Positions 10,223 through 19,477 of a DNA stretch of 41,277 nt are shown one piece after another (the first letter of the stretch is position 1; each line of letters opens with the position of its first letter). Under the pieces are notes generated by a model. The model ran no database searches and was not told the DNA's origin. It saw nothing but the letters and a program-made list of their open reading frames with translations. Where the stretch lies: the IMG/VR virus record IMGVR_UViG_3300009095_000005, positions 1 to 41,277 of that record. The stretch is one strand, 5' to 3'. The stretch comes from a virus (Duplodnaviria; Caudoviricetes). Made by a program: the position numbers and the translations under genes.

Positions 10223-11019
10223 TGGCACGCTTTGACACAGGATCGCTTGGAAGTGTAAACACCGCACCGTGGGTCTCTGGCACGCAGACAATGGCTCAAG
10301 GGATGACGGCGTTTGGGCAGGCGTTCGGTGACATGCAACGGCGCAAGCAAGAGAAGGCCGAGAAGGAAGCCCGAGAGGCAGAGGCGGCCAAGTGGGTGCT
10401 GGCGTCGATGGAGAGTCAAGGATTAGAGGTTCCCCCTGAACTGGCAGCGAAAGCCGGAGAGAAGGGGAATGCAGGAGCCTTGCTAGACGCCCTTCCTGCG
10501 ATGATGAAGATGGCCGAGGAAAAGCGCCTCAGGGAAGAAGCCGAACAGAGCGCCCGCTACATGGAGTCGATCATCAAAGCAAATGACGCCAGAGAAGAAG
10601 CGAGGGCCAGAGAAGCAGCGGCTTTACAGGGGATTACCGCCTCTCCTTGGAGAGATGATGTGCCCCGTTCTGACCGCTACATAGGCGCAGGGGGCATGGA
10701 CCCACAGATGCTGGCAATCTTCATGGGGCAGGAACAGCCGCCGTGGCAACCGACGATTCAGGATGTAGGCGGCGTTCCGATGATTATGACCAGCCCGAGA
10801 AGCGCACAGGTGCTTAACAATGGCGGTTCACAAGGAACACCGAAGGAGTTTGAACAGCTTCTCATGAAACTGCGTGACCCAAATCTAACTCCTGAAGAAC
10901 GCCAGCATATAGAGGGACGCTTGATATATCTGCAAACGAAGAGCGGTGGTGGAGGTGGTGGAGGCGGGGGTGTTGTTGATCCACTGGAGCGAGCACGGCG
11001 GACGATAGAGGGACTATAA
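10222..11019 (+). CDS. Internal virion (ejection) protein
   Basis: Helical, Ala/Glu-rich; Gly tract; middle gene of the ejection trio. Confidence 0.6.
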   Translation: MARFDTGSLGSVNTAPWVSGTQTMAQGMTAFGQAFGDMQRRKQEKAEKEAREAEAAKWVLASMESQGLEVPPELAAKAGEKGNAGALLDALPAMMKMAEEKRLREEAEQSARYMESIIKANDAREEARAREAAALQGITASPWRDDVPRSDRYIGAGGMDPQMLAIFMGQEQPPWQPTIQDVGGVPMIMTSPRSAQVLNNGGSQGTPKEFEQLLMKLRDPNLTPEERQHIEGRLIYLQTKSGGGGGGGGGVVDPLERARRTIEGL

Positions 11020-11022
11020 TAA

Positions 11023-14000
11023 ATGGCAGGACTCCTACAAGCCTCCCCTTTAGAACGCGCTCGGGCTATGCCAGAGCTTGTGAAGCTCTATTGGGAAGGG
11101 CAAGGCGTGACGCCTTCTGTCTACGACCAACTCGACGATGAGACTAAAGCGAAGGGCAGGGAGAAGGCGCTGGCGTTTTACCGCGAGCAGCATCCCGACC
11201 TCTTCCAAGTAGAAGCGGTTCCAGCGAAACCCCTGAAAGTAGAGACACGGACAGGGCGCGTTCTTGAGGGCCAAAAGGCAGAAAGCTACCGCAAGCTCAT
11301 CAACCCCACTGCTGCTGTAGTGCAGGAGGCCACTGAACCGGTTTACAGGCCCCTTTTAGACGAGCCTACGGAGAGAGCCATAGAGTTCATCAAAGCGGAC
11401 GTTCTAAAGCCTTCTGACGTGCCTCGCGAAGAACTAGCAGACTACATCAGGCTTGTGCGTCTGGCCGCGCCCGAAAAGGCTGACGAATGGACCAAGCCCA
11501 TTAAGGACGAACTTGAGGCGGCAGGCATTGGGAAGAACCACTATAGCGCCAAGAGCTTCATCCGCAGTATGGGAGACGGGGTAGGCCCCATCAGCCCTAC
11601 CAAGTGGGCCGATAAAATCGCAGAGTTTCATGAGGCTGAACCAGACGAGAACTACGAGAAGTGGAAGCTGGTCTATGCTGATATAGATAAGGACATGCGC
11701 GAATGGGGCGCAGTGGGTGGCGTAGTAGCAGGCGGTGGCATAGGAGGTACAGCCATCAAGGGGCTACAACTGGCAGGCAAGACCTCCCTACTGGCCAACC
11801 TTGTAAGCGCAGGGGTAGTCGATGCAGCATACGCAGATGAGCTACCGGGCATCAGCGCACAACTGGCAGGGGTAGCACCAGATTCTACAGCAGGAAAGGT
11901 AATTACAGGGGCAGAGGGGATGTTCCTTGCGAGTATCTTCAACATCGGTCCCAAAGTGGTGAGGAAGATGATGGGCAAGCCTTGGAGCGAAGTCCCAGGG
12001 ATACTTTCAGAGGCAGGCATACCCAACGCGAAAGAGGCTTTAGGGAAGGCAGCTAACAGAGAAACACTCGACACCATAGCCGACGCCAAGGGGATACCAG
12101 CTGCTGACGGAGCGAAGAGCGCATACGTAGAGACCCGCCAGATGCTACAAGAGCCGTGGTGGGCAATGGACGATGCGTATGCGGCTATGGCAGAAGGAGC
12201 TGCCAAGCCAAAGAAGCCCTCCCTTCTGGCAGATCAGAAGCGGCAAGCGGATGCGGTGCTATCGAATGTTCGCGAGAAGTTTCAAGACCCTTGGGTAAGG
12301 ATCAAGCAGCTACGGGACCAGGAAGGAATCAAGTTTACAGACGCCACCGACCCCTACCTGTCAAAACGCCTCCTACAACCACAGATCAATGCTGTGCTTG
12401 AGGGGGTAAAAGACGAGTATGAGAGCGTTCTGAGAGACGTAGTAAAGTTTGAGCAGGGGGCAAAACTTCCACAGGGGCAAGCGTCCCAAATGGTCAACGA
12501 CTACCTGCACGCCAGACACGCACCAGAGCGCAACGCAGTGCATGGTGATGGCGCAGCAGGACTGACCAACGACGAAGCCAAAGAAATCCTGTTCAACCTC
12601 AACCAGCGGGCAGACTTCCCTGAGATAGACCGACTGGCAACGCGAGTGCAGAACATGAACAACCGGACGCTGGACATCCTGCGTTCGGGCGAGCTGATAG
12701 ACGAGGCCACCTACAACACACTCAGGGAGACTTACAAGCACCACGTTCCCCTAGCCCGCGTGATGGATGATGTTGAGGACATCACCGGCAGCTTGTTTGG
12801 AACAGGACCAGGGGCGAATGTCCAAAGCTCAGGACTGCGAAAGGCACATGGGTCAGACAGGGCGGTGCTGCCCATCATGGAGACGGTGGCGCAAAACCTG
12901 ACAACCGCCGTACGTCGCAGCCAGACCAACCTTTCCAACCTTACCAGCCTACGTTTCTTCCAGCAGAACAAGGAACAACTCGAAGGACTCTTTGAAGTCA
13001 GCAAGCCTAAGCCAATAGGCAAAGGATGGGCGGGTAACGTCCTCTATGAGCCAAAGCCCAAGGATGCGCTGGCAATGCGGCAGAACGGCAAAGAAGTCTA
13101 TCTACGCATCAAAGACCCGCAACTGGCAGCAGCCTTCCAGCATACTAACCGAGAAACCGCCAACCTCTTCCTGAAGGCAGGCATGGCCCTGCAACGCTAC
13201 AGGGGAGCAATCCTTACCCGCTTCAATCCAGAGTTCGCTCTGAGCAACAAGCTGAGGGACATGCAGGATTCGACGGCAAACATGCTGAAGGAGGTCAACG
13301 CATCCGAAGCCCGCAAGGTGACAACGGAAGCTCTGACAGACATGAAGAGCGTGTATCAGTTCTTGCGTGGACAGGACACCGAAGGCGCGAAGCTCTACCG
13401 GCAGATGATCGAGGACGGCGGTTCCGCAGGAGGTGTCGCCCTATCGACCACACAGAGCATTGTGGAAAGCCTGCGTAAGCTGGAGAAGACAGAACGGTCC
13501 TCATGGCGCCGCAAGATCAGGGCAGTGGACAACCTGTTCAACAGCTACAACCAACTCTTTGAAGACTCAACCCGCCTCTCTGCCTACAAGATCGCACTAC
13601 AGAACGGGAAGACCCGCAAGCAAGCGGCCCTGATAGCGCGAGACGCATCCTTTGACCCGCTACTAGTGGGCACACACGGCGAGGCACTGAAGGCCAGCTA
13701 CCTATTCTTCAACCCAGCCCTACAGAGCGCGAAGAACGCACTGAAGACCTACAGGAACCCCAAGCGACTAGGGATAGTGGCAGGAACGCTAGGTTCGGTT
13801 ATGTGGACAGCAGACACCATATCCCGCATGGTTGATCCCGACTACCGGACAAAGGTAGGCAACAGCGCCTCCCGCAACATTCCGATTGTTTACGGCAAAG
13901 AAGAAGACGGCTCGCTGAAATACTTTGCTATGCCCGTAGGATACGCTGCGCTACCACTGAAGCGCACCCTGGACTACATGCTAGGCATTGACGACGTAGG

Positions 14001-14904
14001 GCAGAAGGGAGTTGCCCACGCCGCAACGGAAGTAGCCGCAGCCTTCATCGACTCCTACAACCCAATGGGAGGCGGGGGCCATCCTCTTACCAGCTTTATC
14101 CCGACTCAGTTCTCAGTGATACCGGCAAGGGATATTACAAACCTACTGTCCAACAGAGACGGACTAGGAAACCCCATCCGGCCACCTTGGGAGGAAGCAG
14201 AGCACAAGGAGAACTACAGCAAGTATTACCGCTGGACGGCCAAGGAACCCATTGGACAAGCTGCCATAGCAACTGCTAAGAAGCTGGATAAGCTGGGCAT
14301 CGAGGTATCTCCAGAGGATCTTGTCTACACCTACGAAGCAGCTACCGGAGGCCCCGGCAAGATGGTAAGGCAGGCCATGAAGGCAGTGTCTTTGATCGCT
14401 ACAGGCAAGGGGCAGGTAGAGAAACGCGACATCCCATTTGTAGGACGATTCTTCAAAGAGGTTCCGGCAGAACTGGCAGAATACCGGCAGAACCAATCAT
14501 CTACCGTAGAAAGCGCCACAAAGCAGGAGAATACCCGCGTATCGGAGATGCGTAAGGATATGCAGAACCTCGCGGATGAACTGTTAGCTAACCCAGACGA
14601 TAGGGCAGCCCTATACCAAAGCGCACTAGACTCAGGCAGGCTGAATGCCGAATCGGCAACCTACCTGGAGGGGCACTGGAAGGAGCGCATGAAGGGGCTT
14701 ACGAAGGACGATAAGATGCTGCGAAGCCTTGGAGTTGCCAACATGGCCCGCGCCAAGGTGATCTACTACGATGTGCTGCCATCGCTCCCACAGGAAGAGT
14801 GGGTGCCATATCTCAGCGGTCTCATAAAGAAGGGTATAATCTCTGAGACGGTTGAGCAACAGCTTCAATTCCTACGGCAGCAGGATCAAGCACAGCAAAA
14901 CTAA
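11023..14904 (+). CDS. Large internal virion (DNA ejection) protein, LPD38-like C-terminal region
   Basis: 1293 aa; last late gene; motifs HVPLAR, NPEFALSNKLRD, EDSTRLSAY, YLFFNPALQ, IPFVGRF. Confidence 0.7.
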   Translation: MAGLLQASPLERARAMPELVKLYWEGQGVTPSVYDQLDDETKAKGREKALAFYREQHPDLFQVEAVPAKPLKVETRTGRVLEGQKAESYRKLINPTAAVVQEATEPVYRPLLDEPTERAIEFIKADVLKPSDVPREELADYIRLVRLAAPEKADEWTKPIKDELEAAGIGKNHYSAKSFIRSMGDGVGPISPTKWADKIAEFHEAEPDENYEKWKLVYADIDKDMREWGAVGGVVAGGGIGGTAIKGLQLAGKTSLLANLVSAGVVDAAYADELPGISAQLAGVAPDSTAGKVITGAEGMFLASIFNIGPKVVRKMMGKPWSEVPGILSEAGIPNAKEALGKAANRETLDTIADAKGIPAADGAKSAYVETRQMLQEPWWAMDDAYAAMAEGAAKPKKPSLLADQKRQADAVLSNVREKFQDPWVRIKQLRDQEGIKFTDATDPYLSKRLLQPQINAVLEGVKDEYESVLRDVVKFEQGAKLPQGQASQMVNDYLHARHAPERNAVHGDGAAGLTNDEAKEILFNLNQRADFPEIDRLATRVQNMNNRTLDILRSGELIDEATYNTLRETYKHHVPLARVMDDVEDITGSLFGTGPGANVQSSGLRKAHGSDRAVLPIMETVAQNLTTAVRRSQTNLSNLTSLRFFQQNKEQLEGLFEVSKPKPIGKGWAGNVLYEPKPKDALAMRQNGKEVYLRIKDPQLAAAFQHTNRETANLFLKAGMALQRYRGAILTRFNPEFALSNKLRDMQDSTANMLKEVNASEARKVTTEALTDMKSVYQFLRGQDTEGAKLYRQMIEDGGSAGGVALSTTQSIVESLRKLEKTERSSWRRKIRAVDNLFNSYNQLFEDSTRLSAYKIALQNGKTRKQAALIARDASFDPLLVGTHGEALKASYLFFNPALQSAKNALKTYRNPKRLGIVAGTLGSVMWTADTISRMVDPDYRTKVGNSASRNIPIVYGKEEDGSLKYFAMPVGYAALPLKRTLDYMLGIDDVGQKGVAHAATEVAAAFIDSYNPMGGGGHPLTSFIPTQFSVIPARDITNLLSNRDGLGNPIRPPWEEAEHKENYSKYYRWTAKEPIGQAAIATAKKLDKLGIEVSPEDLVYTYEAATGGPGKMVRQAMKAVSLIATGKGQVEKRDIPFVGRFFKEVPAELAEYRQNQSSTVESATKQENTRVSEMRKDMQNLADELLANPDDRAALYQSALDSGRLNAESATYLEGHWKERMKGLTKDDKMLRSLGVANMARAKVIYYDVLPSLPQEEWVPYLSGLIKKGIISETVEQQLQFLRQQDQAQQN

Positions 14905-15197
14905 TTTGCCTGATCCGGCGTTGGGGCACCCTGCTCCGCGCGCTTGTTGTTCCAGTAGTTCTTCACCAACTCGTCTGATGCCCAAAAAATAGGGATGGCG
15001 AACGGCATCCCATCAGACGCTCCCTTATAGACAAAGTAGGCGGGCTCGCCCTTGCGTGTCATGACTATCGCTCCTTCATCAGTCGCCACCACCTGGTAAG
15101 CAGGCAAGGAGTGGACGTATCTCCAGCCGATGAATGATCCCGCAACAACAGTGCAGGCGGCAAGTGCAAACCAAGACCAAGAGAGTAGTGTTTTCAT
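14901..15197 (-). CDS. Membrane-anchored protein, candidate superinfection exclusion
   Basis: N-terminal TM helix; opposite strand, downstream of the repressor. Confidence 0.55.
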   Translation of the reverse strand: MKTLLSWSWFALAACTVVAGSFIGWRYVHSLPAYQVVATDEGAIVMTRKGEPAYFVYKGASDGMPFAIPIFWASDELVKNYWNNKRAEQGAPTPDQAN

Positions 15198-15352
15198 GAT
15201 TTTGTCTTTCTGAATGGATTGCTGACTAGAAGTGAGACTCCGAGAGTCGCCAGAAAGAAGATGGGGTGAACGCCGTAAACGAAGCAGACCACGTAGAAGA
15301 CGGCGATAGCGACTAGGACAACGGCAGTATTGGAGAGTAGTTTCTTTTTCAT
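15194..15352 (-). CDS. 52-aa two-TM membrane peptide (below ORF-track cutoff)
   Basis: MKKKLLSNTAVVLVAIAVFYVVCFVYGVHPIFFLATLGVSLLVSNPFRKTKS; ATGA-coupled to 14901-15197. Confidence 0.55.
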   Translation of the reverse strand: MKKKLLSNTAVVLVAIAVFYVVCFVYGVHPIFFLATLGVSLLVSNPFRKTKS

Positions 15353-15459
15353 GGTTAGGAGTAATGTAGTTGAGTGTCGTTAATTGGCGCTTATTGGGTG
15401 AACAAATGTTTCACTTGGACTTGAAACTTTCATGCGATCTGCTTGTTATCGCACTTGCA

Positions 15460-15696
15460 ATGCCCCACAACCATCTCCGCTGTAAGCCCGCTTCCTTTTA
15501 CTACCGCAAATCCGTAAGAGAGTCGCGAACTCTCAACGGGACCAAGGCCCTGGCCTTGATGCTCGTGGATGAATTGGAACTTCTGAAAGAACAAGTGCGA
15601 TCATTGGGCGGCATCCCTGAGCGGATGTATGACGCCACTAGGATTGGTCCAGACGCTCGCGTAGAGGATGTCCAGCATGGCGAGCAAGTAGGTTAA
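15460..15696 (+). CDS. Hypothetical protein convergent with the repressor
   Basis: Open frame with helical LVDELELLKEQVRSLGG; start uncertain (track start 15370). Confidence 0.4.
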   Translation: MPHNHLRCKPASFYYRKSVRESRTLNGTKALALMLVDELELLKEQVRSLGGIPERMYDATRIGPDARVEDVQHGEQVG

Positions 15697-15953
15697 CTGC
15701 CCGTTCCGGCAGAGGTATCTCGAGATTGTTGAGGATTGCGGGGTATTCGGGAGCGATTCGTGGCCTCCTTTAAAATCTCGTCAACAGAGGCGTTATCGCC
15801 TGCCTCGTAAGCATCGACAGCCATCTCAAGTAATATACGTATCGCCTCCGAGCGATCCCGTAGTCGCATGGCGTCCTGTATCTTGCTCACTCTCTCCAGC
15901 AGTGAGTCTGGATAGCGGATGCTAAGTTGAGTCATTGGCTCTTTCGTCATCAC
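15693..15953 (-). CDS. Ribbon-helix-helix (CopG/Arc-like) putative immunity repressor
   Basis: TQLSIRYPDSLLERVSKI...DRSEAIRILLE; divergent from the early operon. Confidence 0.75.
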   Translation of the reverse strand: MMTKEPMTQLSIRYPDSLLERVSKIQDAMRLRDRSEAIRILLEMAVDAYEAGDNASVDEILKEATNRSRIPRNPQQSRDTSAGTGS

Positions 15954-16048
15954 ATCCCATCGTAATCCAAAAAATTACATCGCGGAAAGAATATTTTGTG
16001 TTGACTTAGTAACCCAACGAATCACAATGCATCCCAACACATCCATGA
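15951..16048. promoter_or_regulatory. Divergent promoters with 10-bp-period operator-like repeats
   Basis: + strand TTGACT(16001)-16 nt-CACAAT(16023); - strand -10 TACGAT (15959-15964); repeats gtaacccaac/gaatcacaat/gcatcccaac/acatccatga. Confidence 0.6.
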
Positions 16049-16224
16049 AGGACGACATCACCCAAACATCCGTAAAGATTCCGACTCATCTGCTAGAGCG
16101 CATCCAACGCATAGCAGATAGAGAGCATCGGTCTCGCAATGCACAGATAGTCTTTTTTTTGGACCAGATCACATCCCAATGGGATGCAACCACTGAATCA
16201 AAGGACTACCCCAATGGCAACTAA
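16045..16224 (+). CDS. Arc-like ribbon-helix-helix regulator (Cro position)
   Basis: QTSVKIPTHLLERIQRIADREHRSRNAQIVFFL matches the Arc family pattern. Confidence 0.8.
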   Translation: MKDDITQTSVKIPTHLLERIQRIADREHRSRNAQIVFFLDQITSQWDATTESKDYPNGN

Positions 16225-16528
16225 GGCACTACCTCAAGGAAGCTGTAACTTCCCTGTGAACATGCCGCGCGAAATGCGTAGGCAGTTGGGCCGTCTGGCA
16301 TTCGAGTCAGACATGAGCACAGGCGAATACATCCGCCGCCTGATCGAACCAGCGGTAAGGAACGGCATCATCTTTGCCAAGGCATCAGCCAAGGCATCAA
16401 TCATCGCCATCACCATCACCGGCTTTGCCGCTGTGTGCAATTACAGCCTCACCCCGAATCAAGACCTGCGCCGTGCACCCACAAGGATCGTAGCACGCGG
16501 GGTGCGCAAAGAAGTGGAGGCAGCATGA
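16214..16528 (+). CDS. RHH protein with a hydrophobic C-terminal segment
   Basis: NFPVNMPREMRRQLGRLAFESDMSTGEYIRRLI followed by SIIAITITGFAAVC. Confidence 0.65.
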   Translation: MATKALPQGSCNFPVNMPREMRRQLGRLAFESDMSTGEYIRRLIEPAVRNGIIFAKASAKASIIAITITGFAAVCNYSLTPNQDLRRAPTRIVARGVRKEVEAA

Positions 16529-16695
16529 GCTACCAATCCGACCCTTGGGACAAGATGCTTGCGGAAGAAGCGAAGGACCGCGCCCGCAAGAAGCGCCTCT
16601 CTCGCCGCGAGTGGTGGGAGATCATCTACACAACAACCATCCTGTTCGCCGTGTGCTACGGGATCATATTCGCCTTTCAACACATACTCCAATGA
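16525..16695 (+). CDS. Small membrane protein
   Basis: RBS ggagg; C-terminal TM helix. Confidence 0.6.
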   Translation: MSYQSDPWDKMLAEEAKDRARKKRLSRREWWEIIYTTTILFAVCYGIIFAFQHILQ

Positions 16696-17015
16696 GCACC
16701 GTAGCCTACCACAACGTAACTGACCTACAGGAAGTGGCAGACGAGAACGCCCCCCTGAGATTGATCCTGAAGGAACTGCAAGCGGTGAAGACGGAGCTAG
16801 TTGAACTGCGTGATGCAGTGAAGGGCCGCTACATCTCCCCCGAGATGAAGGCCGTGGATGCAGCTAAGGAATTAGTGATGAGTTCCCGGCGCTTCTGGAC
16901 CGAGATTGTTCACAAAAGACAGCTTTTAGAGCCGATACCGGGCAAGCCACAGTTCTTCAGGCGCAAGGATGTGATGCGCCTGAAGCAACTTTTGGCAAGC
17001 GACAGAGCCAAGTAG
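16692..17015 (+). CDS. Excisionase-like (MerR-type winged HTH) protein
   Basis: MKAVDAAKELVMSSRRFW...LLEP..GKPQFFRRKDV. Confidence 0.55.
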   Translation: MSTVAYHNVTDLQEVADENAPLRLILKELQAVKTELVELRDAVKGRYISPEMKAVDAAKELVMSSRRFWTEIVHKRQLLEPIPGKPQFFRRKDVMRLKQLLASDRAK

Positions 17016-17092
17016 TGACCGACGATAGCGACAAGAGAACGGCGGGCAGGGAGCCGACACCCTGCCCGCCACCAACAACCTCCTAGAAACCC

Positions 17093-17344
17093 ATGACCTC
17101 CGAAGAAGCCAAACAACTCAAGCCCGGTGATGTGGTGTGGCGTGTAACCCCGGTGCTAATCGTGGAGCAGATGGAAGTCGCACACCTAGACACGCTCTCA
17201 GATGGCACAGTCTTTATCCACTCTGTCCATGAATGCGCTGTAGATGCACTGGCATACCATTCTGAGCGGGAGGCATTACGGGCTGCTGAAGTGCTTATAG
17301 AGCAACGGTTGCGAGTGACCCGCCTGCGACTTCAAGACCTTTAA
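17093..17344 (+). CDS. Hypothetical protein
   Basis: LKPGDVVW motif; paralog of 3830-4177. Confidence 0.6.
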   Translation: MTSEEAKQLKPGDVVWRVTPVLIVEQMEVAHLDTLSDGTVFIHSVHECAVDALAYHSEREALRAAEVLIEQRLRVTRLRLQDL

Positions 17345-17720
17345 CCCGCCGGGAATCCGGCACTGTTCTTTACCATTTCTCTCTGCTTTGGAGACCCCGG
17401 CATGGTGCGGCGGGAGAGCCGCCGACTGGTTAATGGGGTATAGGGACCAATAGAAACACCGTGGGTCTCCAATCTCTTTGCTCACTAGCGGCGCAAACAA
17501 AGGCCCATCAAAGGCTACTAGTCGCGCCAGCCTGGCAAAGCAACTAACGCGGCGGTAATAGCCCCGCCCGACGCTTACGGCGCCGTATGGTGCACGAAGC
17601 GCCGCCCTAGTGAGCATCCCCTTTTCTCGTCTAACCTCACCCTCTGGGTGTGACAGCCGGGAGAGACCGGCACCAATTTCCACTGACCCACCAACCGCCC
17701 TACGGGGCGACAATTTCCAA
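17345..17720 (+). ncRNA. Candidate structured non-coding RNA region
   Basis: Stems ttggagaccc(17388)/gggtctccaa(17463) and tgctcactag-cggcgc(17479)/gcgccg-ctagtgagca(17599-17616), plus several hairpins; no credible sense ORF. Confidence 0.5.
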
Positions 17721-17734
17721 CCCTCTCTTTAGCT

Positions 17735-17929
17735 ATGACAACAGACAACGAAACAGAAGTCCTCAAGAGGGAGGCCAAGCTGCATGAGCTTGAACGCGAC
17801 AAGGAACGCTTTGAACGAGGCGAACGGACCTCACGCGCTCCTGTAGTCCTCACCATTAAAAGCAATGCGGACCTATTTAGGGATGCAGGGAGCATTCTTC
17901 AGCAGTTGATGGCGGGAGGTGCGCGATGA
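17735..17929 (+). CDS. Hypothetical protein
   Basis: Coupled to recT by ATGA overlap. Confidence 0.55.
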   Translation: MTTDNETEVLKREAKLHELERDKERFERGERTSRAPVVLTIKSNADLFRDAGSILQQLMAGGAR

Positions 17930-18588
17930 GCGACGAGGAACAACAACTCGACCTCACGCCAGCCCAACAGCAGGCGCCAGAGACCACTGAGCAGACCGCT
18001 TTGACTGTTCCTGATGCGGGACAAGTAGGAGCCTGGTGGACAACAGAGAAGGGCTTCGCGCTACTTCAGCGGCAAGCCCGCCTCTTATCGGAAAGCAAGC
18101 TGGTTCCAAAGGAATACCAGCGCAACCTGCCAGACTGCGTTATCGCCCTGTCGATGGCCTACCGCATGAACGCTGACCCGATGGCGGTCATGCAGAACCT
18201 CTACATTGTCCACGGCAAGCCTAGCTGGTCCTCTCAGTTCATCATTGCTGCAGTCAACTCCTGTGGCCGCTTCAACCCCTTACAGTTCGAGCTATGGGGA
18301 GAGGGCGACGACTTCTCATGCATGGCATGGGCGACTGCCAAGGTATCCAAGGAGCGTTATGAAGGCCCGCCGGTATCCATCGGCATGGCAAAGGATGAAG
18401 GGTGGTTCGGGAAGAACGGCAGCAAGTGGAAGACCATGCCGGAACTGATGCTGCGCTACCGGGCAGCAACCCTCTTTGGACGCCTCTACGCCCCTGAAAT
18501 CCTCATGGGTATCAAGACCTATGAGGAAGTCATAGACATAGGAGCGGAGGCTGTGAAACAAACGGAAACCCTAAAGCTGGAGGTTTGA
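17926..18588 (+). CDS. recT: RecT-like single-strand annealing protein
   Basis: SKLVPKEYQ..DCVIAL..DPMAVMQNLYIVHGKPSWSS; SKWKTMPELMLRYRA. Confidence 0.75.
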   Translation: MSDEEQQLDLTPAQQQAPETTEQTALTVPDAGQVGAWWTTEKGFALLQRQARLLSESKLVPKEYQRNLPDCVIALSMAYRMNADPMAVMQNLYIVHGKPSWSSQFIIAAVNSCGRFNPLQFELWGEGDDFSCMAWATAKVSKERYEGPPVSIGMAKDEGWFGKNGSKWKTMPELMLRYRAATLFGRLYAPEILMGIKTYEEVIDIGAEAVKQTETLKLEV

Positions 18589-18589
18589 T

Positions 18590-19477
18590 ATGACACCAAC
18601 ACCCTTCTCAAAACCCCACCAGACCGGCTGCATCATCGGAGAACCCAACGAGGTTTACCATGCAGACCCAGCCCTTAGCTGTTCGCAGCTCAAGGTATTC
18701 GCCAACCGGCCAAGGCTCTACAAGGCGCAGTATATCGACAAGACGTACCAACCCAAGCGCAGTGATGCCTTGGACATTGGTAGCGCCCTGCATGACCTGG
18801 TGCTGCTTGGCAGGGACCACTACACCAAGAGCTACGCCGTAGCACCCCACTGTGACCGCCGCACTAACAAGGGCAAAGAAGTATGGCAGGCGTTCTGTGA
18901 CGAGGCCAACGGCAAGACCGTCCTGAAGGATGAGGAAGCCGAGCAGGTAGAGCGCATGTCCGAAGGCATCCGAAGCCACATTGAAGCATCTGCAATCTTG
19001 CAAGGCGGTATGCCCGAGGTGACATGGCGCACACCTCAACTGAAGGGACTACCAATAGCCCTACAGTGCCGCACAGACCATCTGAAAGAAGCGGCAGGCT
19101 TCGGCTACACGGTAACGGATATAAAGACCGTCAGCAGCCTAGAAGGATTCTCCAAGACCATCGCAGACTACTCCTATCACATGCAGGCAGGGTTCTACCT
19201 CCTGACAATCGCAATCGTGATGGGAGGCAACGCCGATCTGGACAGCCTCTTTGACTACGTTGACGGCTGGCAGTTCATCGCCGTTGAAAAGCAGGAGCCT
19301 TATGAAGCAGCAGTCTTCACCCTTGCCCGCCATGCAATCGAACAGGGCGCACGCGAGGCCCTAGACTGCATCAAGCGTCTCTGCGGTTGTATCAACTCAG
19401 GTAAATGGCCGATGGCCTACCCTGACGTTCGCGCAATCGACCTACCAGCCTGGTATTACACGCGGGAGGTGGCATGA
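18590..19477 (+). CDS. RecE / exonuclease VIII-like PD-(D/E)XK nuclease (DUF3799-like)
   Basis: YHA..ALSCSQLK, GSALH, CRTD..DIKT, YHMQAGFY, FIAVEK. Confidence 0.85.
   Translation: MTPTPFSKPHQTGCIIGEPNEVYHADPALSCSQLKVFANRPRLYKAQYIDKTYQPKRSDALDIGSALHDLVLLGRDHYTKSYAVAPHCDRRTNKGKEVWQAFCDEANGKTVLKDEEAEQVERMSEGIRSHIEASAILQGGMPEVTWRTPQLKGLPIALQCRTDHLKEAAGFGYTVTDIKTVSSLEGFSKTIADYSYHMQAGFYLLTIAIVMGGNADLDSLFDYVDGWQFIAVEKQEPYEAAVFTLARHAIEQGAREALDCIKRLCGCINSGKWPMAYPDVRAIDLPAWYYTREVA

Noticed and set aside
8246-14904. Genome-wide stop-codon reassignment
   Set aside because: Only one interrupted gene; TAA, TAG and TGA all end genes normally; no suppressor tRNA
15369-15379. 11-mer gttgagtgtcg shared with the accessory-operon -10 region (30481-30491, minus strand)
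   Set aside because: A single 11-bp match can arise by chance in 41 kb; the -35 here is weak
17388-17472. Hammerhead or tRNA in the first structured domain
   Set aside because: Three-way junction with GAAA but no CUGANGA or NUH site; no TTCRA T-loop or anticodon arm
17276-17713. 145-aa minus-strand ORF
   Set aside because: Antisense to the early operon, R/A/G-rich without motifs, no clear RBS; likely a by-product of GC-rich stems
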